From NCBI GenBank assembly GCA_046483305.1, contig JAWODM010000043.1:33880-97879 (forward strand): a stretch of DNA of 64,000 nt, in the 5' to 3' direction. The notes beneath the pieces are model-generated. The model made no database searches. It worked only from the letters and a program-made list of their open reading frames with translations, and had not been told where the DNA came from. This stretch comes from Candidatus Krumholzibacteriales bacterium (GTDB taxonomy: Bacteria > Krumholzibacteriota > Krumholzibacteriia > Krumholzibacteriales > WJIX01). Both the position numbers and the translations under genes were made by a program. Position 1 is the stretch's first letter. Each line of letters begins with the position of its first letter. Positions 26,755 through 36,814 of the stretch are shown here, one piece after another.

Positions 26755-29700
26755 TCAGCCGCCGAGCACTCTTGATATCTCCTCTCTGAGCTCTTTCATC
26801 TGAAACGGCTTGGTGATCCGGCCCCTGAATCCGTAATCGCTGTAATTAGCCAGCACCGGATCGGTGGAGTATCCGCTGGTAACTATGATTCTCGCGTTCG
26901 GGTCAGCCTCCAGAAGCGCTTCGGTCAGTTCTTTTCCGCCCATTCCTCCGGGAACGGTCATATCGACGATCACAGCCTCGAAGGGCTCTCCGCTTTCGAG
27001 CGCGGAGATGTATTTGCTCAGGGCATCCTGCCCGTTAACCGCCAGTTCCGGTTCGTACCCGCAGGCTTTCAGCATGCGGGCCGAAACATTCCTGACCGTC
27101 TCTTCGTCATCCATCACCAGTATCCTGCCCGGGCCGGAACCGGACTCTTCTCTTGTATCCTCCCCTGCCCCTCCCCTAAATTCCTCAGACGATTTGTCGG
27201 CGGGAAGATATAAAGTAAACACTGTCCCTTCCCCCGGTTTTGATCTGGCGCTAACATGGCCGTTATGCTTGTTCACTATGCTGTGTACTATCGCCAGCCC
27301 CAGGCCGCTTCCCGCCCGCTTGGTGGTAAAGTAGGGATCGAACACCCTGGCAATCAGTTCATCCGGGATGCCTACTCCCTCATCCCTTATGTTGATTTTG
27401 ACATAATCTCCCCTCAGGTGCGAAGCGGCGGCCTGTTCCGGCTCGCTGACATTTTTGGCGCTTATATGAACGAACCCCCCCTCCGGCATTGCCTCCTTGG
27501 CATTAATGATAAGGTTGGCGAAGACGTGGCTGAGCTGCCCCCGGTCGGCTTTGACCATCCACAGGTCTTCGTCCAGGTCCAGGCGCGCTTTGACGTTGCT
27601 TCCGCTCAGGTCAAACCGCACTGAATCCCGCACAACCTTCTTTATATCGACAGATTCCAGCAGGGGTTCCCCGCCCCTGGCAAAGGTCAGCAGCTGCTTG
27701 GTCAGATGCCTGGCTCTCTCCAGGGACTGATTGGCGGTTTCGATATGTTTGTACGCGGGGTGATCCTCCGGCAGTTCCTTGCCCGCCAGTTCGATATTGC
27801 CGTACACGCCGGTAAGTATATTGTTGAAATCGTGGGCAATCCCCCCTGCCAGTGTTCCCACGCTCTCCAGCTTCTGCATCCTCTGAAGGGCCTCCTGAGC
27901 TTTTTTCCTCTCAGTAATATCTCTTATATCCACGATAACCTTCTCTGCATCTTCATGCAGATCGAGAGTGGCGGTGAACCACATATCCCTCTCCCCTATC
28001 TTCAGGGGATACTCATATCTCCTGGTATCCCCGGTCTTTCTTACCTCCCTGGCCGCTTCCCTGTATTTGCTGACGACATGGGGAGGCATCACTTCATCGA
28101 TCTTCCTGCCCAGGAAATCCTCCGGAGAGGCGTACAGGGCGTTGCTCGGCTTGCAGTGAACATCCACGAACCGGTCATCCACGCTCATCAGCAAAATGAT
28201 ATCGCTCATGGATGAGACCAGTGTCCTGTATTTCTCCTCGCTTTTCTTCAGAGCCTCCTCGGCCCTCTTTCTCTCCGTAATATCTCTGAAACTCCAGACC
28301 CTGCCTTCAGCCTCACCCCTTATGTAGAGCGGCTGGGAGTACCTTTCGAATATTCTGCCATCCTTGAAATCAATCATGTCAAATTTTACTTTTTCAGGAT
28401 TTCGGTAGAGCTCCCCAATCTTTCTGAAGAACTGATCAGGATCGGAAAGCTGGCTCTTAACGTAGGCGACAAGATCGTTGTCTCTTCCCGCGCTCAGAAG
28501 TTCGGAGGGGATATTCCACATATCGCTGAATTTCTCATTGGTGGCAATCACCTGGCCCTCTGAATCAACCACCAGTATTCCATTATTGGTGGATTCAAGG
28601 GTGGCTCTCAGCAGCTCGGCGCTATGAACCAGTTCTTCCTGGGCCTTCTTCCAGTCGGTAATGTCGAGATGAGTGCCGCATGCTCTGAGAGGATTCCCTT
28701 TGGAATCTCTCTCAATCACCATCCCCTTCGCCAGAATCCAGACCCATTCCCCTGACTTGTGCCGCAGCCGGTGCTCACTTTCGAAAGATTCGGTTCTTCC
28801 CTCCAGGTGATCCTTCAGGGCTTTTTGAACCGCGGGTAAATCATCAGGGTGAACCAGCTTGTCCCAGTTTCTTATATCGGGCTCGATCTCATTGCGTGAA
28901 TATCCCAGCATCTCAGCCCACCGCTGGTCGAAGGTAAACTCCCCGGTGGCCACGCTCCAGTCCCACGCCCCCAGGTCTCCCCCTTTCAGGGCAAGTTCCA
29001 TTCTCTCTTCGCTTCGGCGCAGCGCTTCCTCCGCCATCTTACGGTCTGTAATATCACTGTTAGTTCCAACGAAGCGAGTGGGTTTGCTATTCTCATCCCG
29101 CTCCACTATCCTCCCCCTTCCCAGAATCCATATCCATCCGCCGGTCTTTTTCCTGAAACGGAACTCCACGCAGAACCGGTTGGTCTCACCCTCCAGGTAC
29201 TTTCTGGCGTTTTCCATAAAGTAACCAATATCCTTCGGGTGTACCCGCTTCTGGAATTCCTCCAGGCGTGAGGGAAATTCTCCCACCCGGTAACCCGCCA
29301 TTTCATAGTATCTCCGGTCGAAGTACACGTCATCGGTTGTCAAATCCCAGTCCCATACCCCATCGTTCTTTATCGACATGGCCAGGTCCAGCCGTTCTTC
29401 GCTCCTGGCCAGTTCTTCCCTCATCCGGTACTCTTCCGAGACATCCCTGAATACCAGTACCACTCCGGTAATGTTTCCGTCCGAGTCCTTAATAGGCGAG
29501 CCCGAATCAGCTATCTGATACTCATTGCCGTCCCTGGCTATCAGCCTGGTGTGGTTGGACATCCCCACTATCTTTTCCTCTTCCAGCACCTTGGCGACTG
29601 GATTGGGGGCCTCTTCGCCGGTCCGGGAGTTGACTATACAGAACACATCCTTGAGCTGTTTCCCCCCGGCTTCTTCAATGGCCCACCCGGTAAGATTCTC

Positions 29701-30372
29701 CGCAATGGGATTCATATGAACAATCCTGCCCTCTATATCCGTTGCTATTACAGCATCTCCTATGGAGCTGAGAGTAGTATGCAGGTTATCTTCGTTCTCC
29801 ATCGCTTCCCTGGCGGCCTCCCTGGATTTAACTTCAGCCAGCCCTCTCTCGGACAGGATTACAACCATATCCCTCAGGAAAGAAAGTCCTTCCCGGAACG
29901 GCTGCTCCCCGACCACCGGCAACTGCCGGAGCGCGCTCAGATAAATCTCTGTATCATAACCATGATCTTCGGCCTTCTTTCTGAAGCGCTCTATATCGGG
30001 GTCATCGAACAGGACCGGCCCTGTCAGCAGGTCCACAACATGGGCTCCCTCTATAACTATGGGAGCGGCTCCCCTGATCAGCCCGTCATCACATTCCCGC
30101 ACCATCATTTTTTCTTTTTTGCTTATGAGGTTATAAAGCTGCAGATTGCTCTGTCCGCATATCTCCACGGCAGGATACCTGCGGCAGAATTCGTTGTATA
30201 TTTCCGGCTGCCCGGCACTGATCAGCTCTTCCCGGCCCGGATGTGTAAACAGCTGGCAGCCATACCTGCAAGCCCTGGAGAAGCTCCCCAGCATATTGCG
30301 CAGACGGTTGATATCGACAATCTCCCGGAAGGTGTACCTGCCGTCCACCAGATATTCCGTTTCGGCTTTCAT
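26755..30372 (-). CDS. Cytoplasmic hybrid histidine kinase (PocR-like, five PAS, HisKA, HATPase, REC)
   Basis: GLIRGAAPIVIEG PocR-like segment; repeated DIT/DVS PAS ends; AHDFNN; FDPYFTTK; VMDDE receiver. Confidence 0.92.
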   Translation of the reverse strand: MKAETEYLVDGRYTFREIVDINRLRNMLGSFSRACRYGCQLFTHPGREELISAGQPEIYNEFCRRYPAVEICGQSNLQLYNLISKKEKMMVRECDDGLIRGAAPIVIEGAHVVDLLTGPVLFDDPDIERFRKKAEDHGYDTEIYLSALRQLPVVGEQPFREGLSFLRDMVVILSERGLAEVKSREAAREAMENEDNLHTTLSSIGDAVIATDIEGRIVHMNPIAENLTGWAIEEAGGKQLKDVFCIVNSRTGEEAPNPVAKVLEEEKIVGMSNHTRLIARDGNEYQIADSGSPIKDSDGNITGVVLVFRDVSEEYRMREELARSEERLDLAMSIKNDGVWDWDLTTDDVYFDRRYYEMAGYRVGEFPSRLEEFQKRVHPKDIGYFMENARKYLEGETNRFCVEFRFRKKTGGWIWILGRGRIVERDENSKPTRFVGTNSDITDRKMAEEALRRSEERMELALKGGDLGAWDWSVATGEFTFDQRWAEMLGYSRNEIEPDIRNWDKLVHPDDLPAVQKALKDHLEGRTESFESEHRLRHKSGEWVWILAKGMVIERDSKGNPLRACGTHLDITDWKKAQEELVHSAELLRATLESTNNGILVVDSEGQVIATNEKFSDMWNIPSELLSAGRDNDLVAYVKSQLSDPDQFFRKIGELYRNPEKVKFDMIDFKDGRIFERYSQPLYIRGEAEGRVWSFRDITERKRAEEALKKSEEKYRTLVSSMSDIILLMSVDDRFVDVHCKPSNALYASPEDFLGRKIDEVMPPHVVSKYREAAREVRKTGDTRRYEYPLKIGERDMWFTATLDLHEDAEKVIVDIRDITERKKAQEALQRMQKLESVGTLAGGIAHDFNNILTGVYGNIELAGKELPEDHPAYKHIETANQSLERARHLTKQLLTFARGGEPLLESVDIKKVVRDSVRFDLSGSNVKARLDLDEDLWMVKADRGQLSHVFANLIINAKEAMPEGGFVHISAKNVSEPEQAAASHLRGDYVKINIRDEGVGIPDELIARVFDPYFTTKRAGSGLGLAIVHSIVNKHNGHVSARSKPGEGTVFTLYLPADKSSEEFRGGAGEDTREESGSGPGRILVMDDEETVRNVSARMLKACGYEPELAVNGQDALSKYISALESGEPFEAVIVDMTVPGGMGGKELTEALLEADPNARIIVTSGYSTDPVLANYSDYGFRGRITKPFQMKELREEISRVLGG

Positions 30373-30556
30373 TATTCCGGCCCCCTCTTATTAAACGGCC
30401 TCCCTCCGGCCGTGATGAACTCATCCCGCTTCCTGCTGTAAGCCCGGAGGCTGATTTAGATATTACAACTATGGGCGGATATCCGCAACCCCGATAAGCG
30501 GCGGCGGCGGTTGCGGCTTCTATTTAATTCTCAGCTATATTATTTCATTTAATGGT

Positions 30557-30585
30557 TTGACAAGCCACCAGGCCAGGACTATGTT
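30557..30585 (+). promoter_or_regulatory. Sigma70-like promoter
   Basis: TTGACA-N17-TATGTT upstream of the EIIA gene. Confidence 0.6.
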
Positions 30586-30637
30586 TTACGGTATATATTC
30601 AACTACAAATGATTTTAAACAGAAAGACAAAGACATT

Positions 30638-31102
30638 GTGAAGCTCTCTGAAATTATAAAGAAATCGGCGGTCAAAATGGAGCTGGCCTCCGGAAATAAG
30701 AACGCGGCTCTCAAGGAACTGGTCGATCTTCTCTGCGACGCCCACCGCATCAGGGACCGGGAAAAAGTTCTCGATGCCATCATCACGCGGGAATCCCGGC
30801 AGAGTACCGGGATCGGTATGGGGCTGGCGGTTCCCCATGCCAAGACAGCGGAGGTAAATAAGCTCTACCTCTGCGTTGCTCTATCGCGGGAAGGCATTGA
30901 TTTCGATTCGGTGGACGGCGAGAAGTGCAGAATATTTTTCCTGCTGGTTTCTCCTATCGATGTTTCCGGGCCTCATATCAAGGCGCTTGCCGGAATATCC
31001 CGGCTGATAAAACACCGGGAGTTCAGGGAAGCTCTGCTGGTGTGCGGCAGCGTCAGGGAGCTTATCAACACGCTGAAAGAAGGGGAGAAGAAATTCCTCT
31101 GA
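30638..31102 (+). CDS. PTS EIIA (fructose/Ntr-type) protein
   Basis: RESRQSTGIGMGLAVPHA; GIDFDSVDG; HIKALA. Confidence 0.9.
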   Translation: MKLSEIIKKSAVKMELASGNKNAALKELVDLLCDAHRIRDREKVLDAIITRESRQSTGIGMGLAVPHAKTAEVNKLYLCVALSREGIDFDSVDGEKCRIFFLLVSPIDVSGPHIKALAGISRLIKHREFREALLVCGSVRELINTLKEGEKKFL

Positions 31103-31121
31103 TAATCCGCGGGGGCGGTAA

Positions 31122-31571
31122 TTGAAGATTTCAAAATACATCAACCGGAATTTTCATAAGGTATACCAGAATACCCCAATGAAGGATATCGCCCGCCTTT
31201 TTTTCGAAACCGGCGACTCTGTCATACCGGTCATAGATGAGCGGGAGAACCTTAAAGGTATCATAAACATCGACGATTTCATGCTTATCTTCCTTCCCGA
31301 TTACATCGACCTGATAAAGAATTTCGATTTCGTTCACAGTTTCGGCGCCCTGGAGAAGATATCCTTCACCATCGAGGAGCTTCTGTTCGTGGCAGAGGAC
31401 CTGATGATCGCCAACCCGCCCTATCTTGAAGAAGAGGACAGCCTGATCAAGGGCCTGGCGATTCTCCACAAGCACGGCTTATACAGAATTCCGGTGGTAA
31501 GCGGAGAAAAACTGGTGGGGATGATATCCCTTAACGAAATCTGCAGAGGAATTTACGAAACCAAGGGTTAG
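31122..31571 (+). CDS. CBS-pair protein
   Basis: IPVIDERENLKGII and IPVVSGEKLVGMIS. Confidence 0.88.
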   Translation: MKISKYINRNFHKVYQNTPMKDIARLFFETGDSVIPVIDERENLKGIINIDDFMLIFLPDYIDLIKNFDFVHSFGALEKISFTIEELLFVAEDLMIANPPYLEEEDSLIKGLAILHKHGLYRIPVVSGEKLVGMISLNEICRGIYETKG

Positions 31572-31573
31572 TA

Positions 31574-32899
31574 ATGCCAGCTTTGACTATCACAGCAGTC
31601 GCAATATTTTTCTTATCATACATTTTTATCATTTCGGAAAGAATCCACCGGACCAAGGTTGCCGTCCTGGGAGCGGTGCTGCTGGTTATTTTCCATGTGC
31701 TTACTCAGGCAGAGGCATTTGCGTTCATCGATTTCAACACTGTGGGCCTTCTGCTGGGGATGATGCTCCTGATCAGCGTGATCAAGGAGACCGGGGCCTT
31801 CACCTATATTGCGATCAGGATCACCAAGATGACCGGGGGGAGCAGGTGGAAGATACTGCTGTGGTTTTCCATCTTCACCGCGGTGGCTTCGGCGCTGCTC
31901 GACAATGTAACCACCATTCTTCTGATAGCTCCGATCACCATACTAATCGCCGAAATGCTCAGCATATCACCTTTCCCATTTCTCATATCCGAGGTGGTGG
32001 CATCCAATATCGGCGGGACCGCCACCCTGATTGGCGACCCCCCCAACATTCTGATAGGTAGCGCCACCGAGATTCCGTTTATCGATTTCCTGATTCATCT
32101 GGGCCCCGCGGTGGTTGTCATTCTGGGTGTGACCCTGGCGATCCTGGGAATTCTCTTCCGCGAGGAGCTGAGCAGGGGAAACAGGGATTATGACAGGATC
32201 ATCGCGGAAATGGATGAAACCAGGGTGATTCAGAACCGGCCGATTCTGAAGAAGAGCATCCTGGTTCTGTCGCTGACCATCGCCGGATTTCTCTTTCACA
32301 ACCTGCTGGGCCTGAAGCCGGCCACCATCGCGCTGGGGGGCGGCGGAGTCCTGATGATATGGAGCGGAGCTGATATAGAAAAGCACCTCAAGGAAATAGA
32401 ATGGACCACTCTCTTTTTCTTCATGGGCCTGTTTGTGCTGGTGGGGGGGCTGGTAAAGACAGGGGTTCTGGAGAAGCTGGCAGAATCAATAATCGGCATC
32501 AGCAACAATATGGTTTTCCTCTGCATGGCTCTTCTCTGGATTTCCGCCCTGGCCTCATCCTTCCTGGATAATATACCGTTTGTGGCGGCGATGATACCTC
32601 TTCTGGCCAGGATAAGCACCGCCCTGTTCCCCAACACCCAGGGGCTGGATGAAGCGGCCTATCACGCATACTACATACACCATTCTCTTCCGCTGTGGTG
32701 GAGCCTGGCGCTGGGCGCCTGCCTGGGCGGCAACGGCACGTTAGTGGGCGCCTCCGCCAATCTGGTGGCGGCCGGGTTCAGCGAGAAAACCAGGACTCCC
32801 CTGACCTTCAGGAACTATTTCAGGTACGGGTTCCCACTGATGATTTTATCTATAGTTATATCTACCGTGTATATTCTGGTCCGGTACATAATCTTCTAA
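31574..32899 (+). CDS. ArsB/NhaD-family (IT superfamily) permease
   Basis: LDNVTT, SNIGGTATLIGDPPN, DNIPF, LGGNGTLVGASAN. Confidence 0.92.
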   Translation: MPALTITAVAIFFLSYIFIISERIHRTKVAVLGAVLLVIFHVLTQAEAFAFIDFNTVGLLLGMMLLISVIKETGAFTYIAIRITKMTGGSRWKILLWFSIFTAVASALLDNVTTILLIAPITILIAEMLSISPFPFLISEVVASNIGGTATLIGDPPNILIGSATEIPFIDFLIHLGPAVVVILGVTLAILGILFREELSRGNRDYDRIIAEMDETRVIQNRPILKKSILVLSLTIAGFLFHNLLGLKPATIALGGGGVLMIWSGADIEKHLKEIEWTTLFFFMGLFVLVGGLVKTGVLEKLAESIIGISNNMVFLCMALLWISALASSFLDNIPFVAAMIPLLARISTALFPNTQGLDEAAYHAYYIHHSLPLWWSLALGACLGGNGTLVGASANLVAAGFSEKTRTPLTFRNYFRYGFPLMILSIVISTVYILVRYIIF

Positions 32900-32905
32900 A
32901 GGCGC

Positions 32906-33559
32906 CTACTCAGCCGGGTATCCGACGGTCTGGGTAAGGACAACCCTCTGGTGCGGCTTCAGATTCATCACCTTTTCCAGCCCCTCCTTGTCCACCGCTC
33001 CGATTACCACCGTGGCCAGCCCCTCCGAAGAGCAGTACAGGTAGACATTCTGGCTGATAAATCCGGTGTCGGCCGCCGTATAGAAGATCTTCTGATCCCG
33101 GTCGGTCCCCTTCATTCTGGTGTGGTCAGCCACGTAGATGAGATTTGCCGGAGCTGTGGAAGTGAATTCCTGGCGCCCGGTATGCTCGCGGATATCCTCT
33201 TCCATATATGGCTCCAGGGAATGGTCACCGGGATTGTACAGGTATACCCCGTCAGCCCTGGCCACATATATATCTATCTCCTGCCAGTTGACCGCGGAGG
33301 GAGCTGTCCGTTTTCCCGACTCCGGCCGGTTGATACCGAACGCGGCCCACAGAAGGTTCGAAAGGACCTGCTCCGGGAGATCGCTCACGCTGAACGACCG
33401 GCTGGTCTTCCTGTCGCTGAGAACCTGCATCAGCGGGCGCCCGCCCTTTCTGTCCGGCTCAGGGAGTTTAACTGTCTTAAGCTCCGCCGCCGCAAAAGAG
33501 CTCAATAATATTATTGCCGCCATTAATAAGAATCCGCTCCTCTTTGCAATCAGAGACAT
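32906..33559 (-). CDS. SagB-type nitroreductase-family protein with signal peptide
   Basis: RKTSRSF, LLWAAFG, RTAPSA, DTGFISQNVYL. Confidence 0.88.
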   Translation of the reverse strand: MSLIAKRSGFLLMAAIILLSSFAAAELKTVKLPEPDRKGGRPLMQVLSDRKTSRSFSVSDLPEQVLSNLLWAAFGINRPESGKRTAPSAVNWQEIDIYVARADGVYLYNPGDHSLEPYMEEDIREHTGRQEFTSTAPANLIYVADHTRMKGTDRDQKIFYTAADTGFISQNVYLYCSSEGLATVVIGAVDKEGLEKVMNLKPHQRVVLTQTVGYPAE

Positions 33560-33894
33560 CGATGTTCTCCTTTCTTTCAGCCGCGATTCCGACCTTTAAA
33601 GCCATTCCTCAACGTAATCATCGGGACAATCAGTCCATTTTTCAAGGATATTCGTTCCGCGCGGATAATAATAATTTTATTATTTTCCATTTTTACTTCT
33701 TGCATTAAAGCATCACTTGGTTATTATTATTCATTGACAGAGAGGTTATAGGATTGAATGTACAGTAATCCGGTTAAGAGAAGAGCGAGAACCTGCCTTG
33801 TCAATCAAGCTCTACCAGGGGATTTACTTAATTTTCTTCCTAAATACTGATATCTGTTTTATTGCTGACTAAGATGACCAGAGAGGAGGTCAGA

Positions 33895-34176
33895 ATGAAC
33901 ATTTACGTAGGCAACATTTCTTACGATACCAGCGAGGAAGATCTTCGCGAAGCGTTCGAGGAATACGGCGAAGTGGATTCTGTATCCATAATCACGGATA
34001 GAGATTCCGGCCGTTCCAAGGGTTTCGGTTTTGTGGAGATGCCTAACGACGAAGAGGGTCAGGCAGCCATGGACGGACTCAATGAGAAGGAATTCATGGG
34101 CAGGACCCTTAACGTAAACAAGGCCCGCCCCCGCCGCAGCGGCGGAGGAGGCAGGCGCTCCGGAGGTCGTTTCTAA
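33895..34176 (+). CDS. RRM RNA-binding protein
   Basis: RNP2 IYVGNI, RNP1 KGFGFVEM, Gly/Arg tail; AGGAGG Shine-Dalgarno. Confidence 0.96.
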   Translation: MNIYVGNISYDTSEEDLREAFEEYGEVDSVSIITDRDSGRSKGFGFVEMPNDEEGQAAMDGLNEKEFMGRTLNVNKARPRRSGGGGRRSGGRF

Positions 34177-34371
34177 CCACCGGCGGTCAGGTAGATGATA
34201 AAATCGCCGGTGAATCCCGGGCAGGCGGTTAGATTTACTGCATGATTTTATGACGGTTGAGGATTTCGAATAGACGGATATTTTTTCATCCTTTATATAG
34301 AACAGGCCTAAACCGAGGACAACCTGATAAGAGAAAAGATTCGCGGGGCTTTGACGTCCTGTGAAAATAAG

Positions 34372-34407
34372 AGGAGGGAACCCTTCGGGGAAATCCCTCC
34401 TTTTTTT
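34372..34407 (+). terminator. Intrinsic terminator
   Basis: AGGAGGGA...TCCCTCCT stem with TTCG loop, followed by a T run. Confidence 0.8.
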
Positions 34408-34434
34408 GCATGGAGTGTTTGCCGGTGAACCGTT

Positions 34435-35274
34435 CTAGTCCGGCTTTATTACCGTTCCATGCCGGTGGGCGTAAGCCTTGGCCAGCTCGGTCCCCAGAAA
34501 AATAACCAGGGTGGAGTAGTAAACCCACAGCAGGCCCACCACCAGTGTGCCGGCAGCGCCGTATGCCGACCCTATTCCGCTGAAAGAAAGGTAACGCCCG
34601 ATCGCCCATTTCCCGGCATGAAAGAACAGAGCGGTAACTACCGCCCCAAAACCTATATCTTTCCAGGCCAGCTTGGCATTCGGGACGTAGATGAGCATCG
34701 AACCGAACAGAATAATATAAATAATGATGGTGCCCAGAGTGCTCAGCACATTCATCAGGTTGCCCATATCCCCAAATACCAGGTTGAGGGCTGTCTTCAG
34801 AAGTACCGACAGTATCAGAAGCAGCCCCATTCCCAGAATTATAATCAGGGATACCAGCCTCTTCTTCAGCCAGTTCTTCACCGCCCGGTCGGGCCTGGGC
34901 TTCACCCCCCAGATCCTGTTCATCGCCTTCTGCAGCTGGACGAAAACAGCGGTGGATGAAAATATCAGGGTGGCAATACTTATAATGGCTGATATCTTCC
35001 CCGCCAGCTTCTGCTGTTCTATATTGGTCAGAACCACGTCCATGATCCTCAGGGCCGCCGGACCCAGCAGCAGCTCCAGTTCGGCCACCATCTCCTGGTG
35101 AAAGGAAGCCGAAAACAGACCGGTGACCGAAAGCAGCAGCACCATCAGCGGGGCTATCGACAAGGTGGCAAAGAAAGCCACCGCCCCGGCCAGGGTGAAG
35201 ATATCGTCCTCGAAGATATCCAGGGCCGCTTTCTTCAGCGTCAGCAGTATGCCGGGAACCTTCATTTTTGCCAC
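34435..35274 (-). CDS. YihY/BrkB-family membrane protein
   Basis: AGAVAFF...SIAPL, AMNRIW, SAYGAAG...WVYYS...GTE. Confidence 0.92.
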   Translation of the reverse strand: MAKMKVPGILLTLKKAALDIFEDDIFTLAGAVAFFATLSIAPLMVLLLSVTGLFSASFHQEMVAELELLLGPAALRIMDVVLTNIEQQKLAGKISAIISIATLIFSSTAVFVQLQKAMNRIWGVKPRPDRAVKNWLKKRLVSLIIILGMGLLLILSVLLKTALNLVFGDMGNLMNVLSTLGTIIIYIILFGSMLIYVPNAKLAWKDIGFGAVVTALFFHAGKWAIGRYLSFSGIGSAYGAAGTLVVGLLWVYYSTLVIFLGTELAKAYAHRHGTVIKPD

Positions 35275-35533
35275 TTCCCAGACTCAAACCATGTTAACGT
35301 TCGTATTTTCAAGCTCGGGCAATATATCCCAGAACCCGGGCCCGACATGATAATTCTATTTTATGGGATTGACGGATTCAAGTTTATTCGTGCCGGTACC
35401 GGCATAAAACCCGGGACGGGGCCCGGAATTTAATTGCAAACCGCACGAGAGATTCAGAAGCTTCTCAATGCATACTGTAAGGCCGGGAACCATATAGAGC
35501 GGCAGAGCAGCCTAACCCCCGGCGCCGCGTTTC

Positions 35534-35549
35534 TGGCATGTATTCTGCA
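35534..35549 (+). promoter_or_regulatory. Sigma54-like -24/-12 promoter
   Basis: TGGCATGTATTCTGCA (GG-N10-GC) upstream of the GAF gene. Confidence 0.5.
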
Positions 35550-35806
35550 TTGAAGAGACAACGGAAACAATGGGCGGTAGCCCCTTCTTCCCCCTCTGTG
35601 CCGAGATTATGCGTCGAATATAAAGAAAAAAATGTTTGTCGTAGGAAAATCACCCGATCGTCTTGTTCTATAGGGCAAAACGATATTCCCGGGGGATATT
35701 CCAGTTATCGGCAGCGGCGGCATGAAAACGCGCCCGATTCCCTGGACCTGGCGGCTTTGCCTATAATCCGGCAGGTTACAGGTATGCGTAATTAAGGAGG
35801 TCTATT

Positions 35807-36709
35807 TTGACTACCGACTACAAACTTGAGACAGCTGACCCGGATCTGAGCCCTGAGGGCAGGAAGATTGAAAAACGCTTCTGGAGAAACTGGTTTTTTC
35901 TGGCAGCGGTACTGTTTATCGCCATCTCCGGCCTGGCGACTGCTATACCCCCTCTTCTTACCGGGCGAATCAGCAGCCCATGGCCGTGGCTGAAGACGGA
36001 CCTGGTCCTTATAGCCGGCCTCTCAGTGGTGGTGCTGGCCTTCATCGTTTACCTGACCCAGCAGCAGAGAGAGGTCGAGAAGATGAGAACGGCCATGCAA
36101 AAATTGATGGAAGATAAGACCCAGCAGTATAAAAGAGATAACTCGCGCTTACGCGCCCTTTTGAGCGTCAGCCAGAAAATGTCCATGGAAACCGATACCA
36201 AGCGTGTTTTCTCCGCCATAACCGATGCCTGCGTGGAGACATTCAACTGTCAGAGATCTTCTCTGATGCTCGTTGATAATGAGAGGAAGGAACTGATTAT
36301 TGAGTCGGTCAGCGGAGAAACGGATAAAAATATTCTACAAAAGAGGATCAGAATCGGAGAAGGTATCGCCGGATGGGCGGCCGAGAAGAAAAAACCCGTT
36401 CTTATCAGTGACACTTCCGACTTCGAAAAATACCCTGAACTGGAATTCAATAATCCGTCTATCCTGTCAGCCATGATTGTTCCGATAATTCTGAGGGACG
36501 AAGTTGTAGGCGTTTTAAACATAAGCTCCAAATCGGAAGATACCAGTTTCGATGAAGAAGATTTGAATGCCCTTCAGGTATTCGCCGAGAATGTGGGGGC
36601 CAGCATCAGGCACAAGGAGCAGACCGACTGGCTGAAATCGATGATCGAAAATGTTTCAAACCGGCGGAACGGCGCCCAGGACCGGGATCTTGAAGGACAG
36701 AAGACATAA
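35807..36709 (+). CDS. Two-TM, coiled-coil, GAF-domain protein
   Basis: GEGIAGW, SAMIVPI, VGVLNI, FDEEDL; AAGGAGG before TTG. Confidence 0.85.
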   Translation: MTTDYKLETADPDLSPEGRKIEKRFWRNWFFLAAVLFIAISGLATAIPPLLTGRISSPWPWLKTDLVLIAGLSVVVLAFIVYLTQQQREVEKMRTAMQKLMEDKTQQYKRDNSRLRALLSVSQKMSMETDTKRVFSAITDACVETFNCQRSSLMLVDNERKELIIESVSGETDKNILQKRIRIGEGIAGWAAEKKKPVLISDTSDFEKYPELEFNNPSILSAMIVPIILRDEVVGVLNISSKSEDTSFDEEDLNALQVFAENVGASIRHKEQTDWLKSMIENVSNRRNGAQDRDLEGQKT

Positions 36710-36814
36710 ATCCGGCAATAAGCGGCTTCGATGTAATATTGTTAATATATATTTACAAATTATAACTTTACTGGCGACGGCGCCTTCCGGGAGACGGGAG
36801 AATTCATCCACCTC

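Noticed and set aside
34300..34330. GGCCTAAACC resembling part of a c-di-GMP-I riboswitch
   Set aside because: The upstream GNRA stem and GCAAA elements are missing, and the site is 3' of a gene.
34286..35287. 333-aa same-strand alternative-frame ORF over YihY
   Set aside because: Composition typical of a shifted frame; the YihY frame carries the family motifs.
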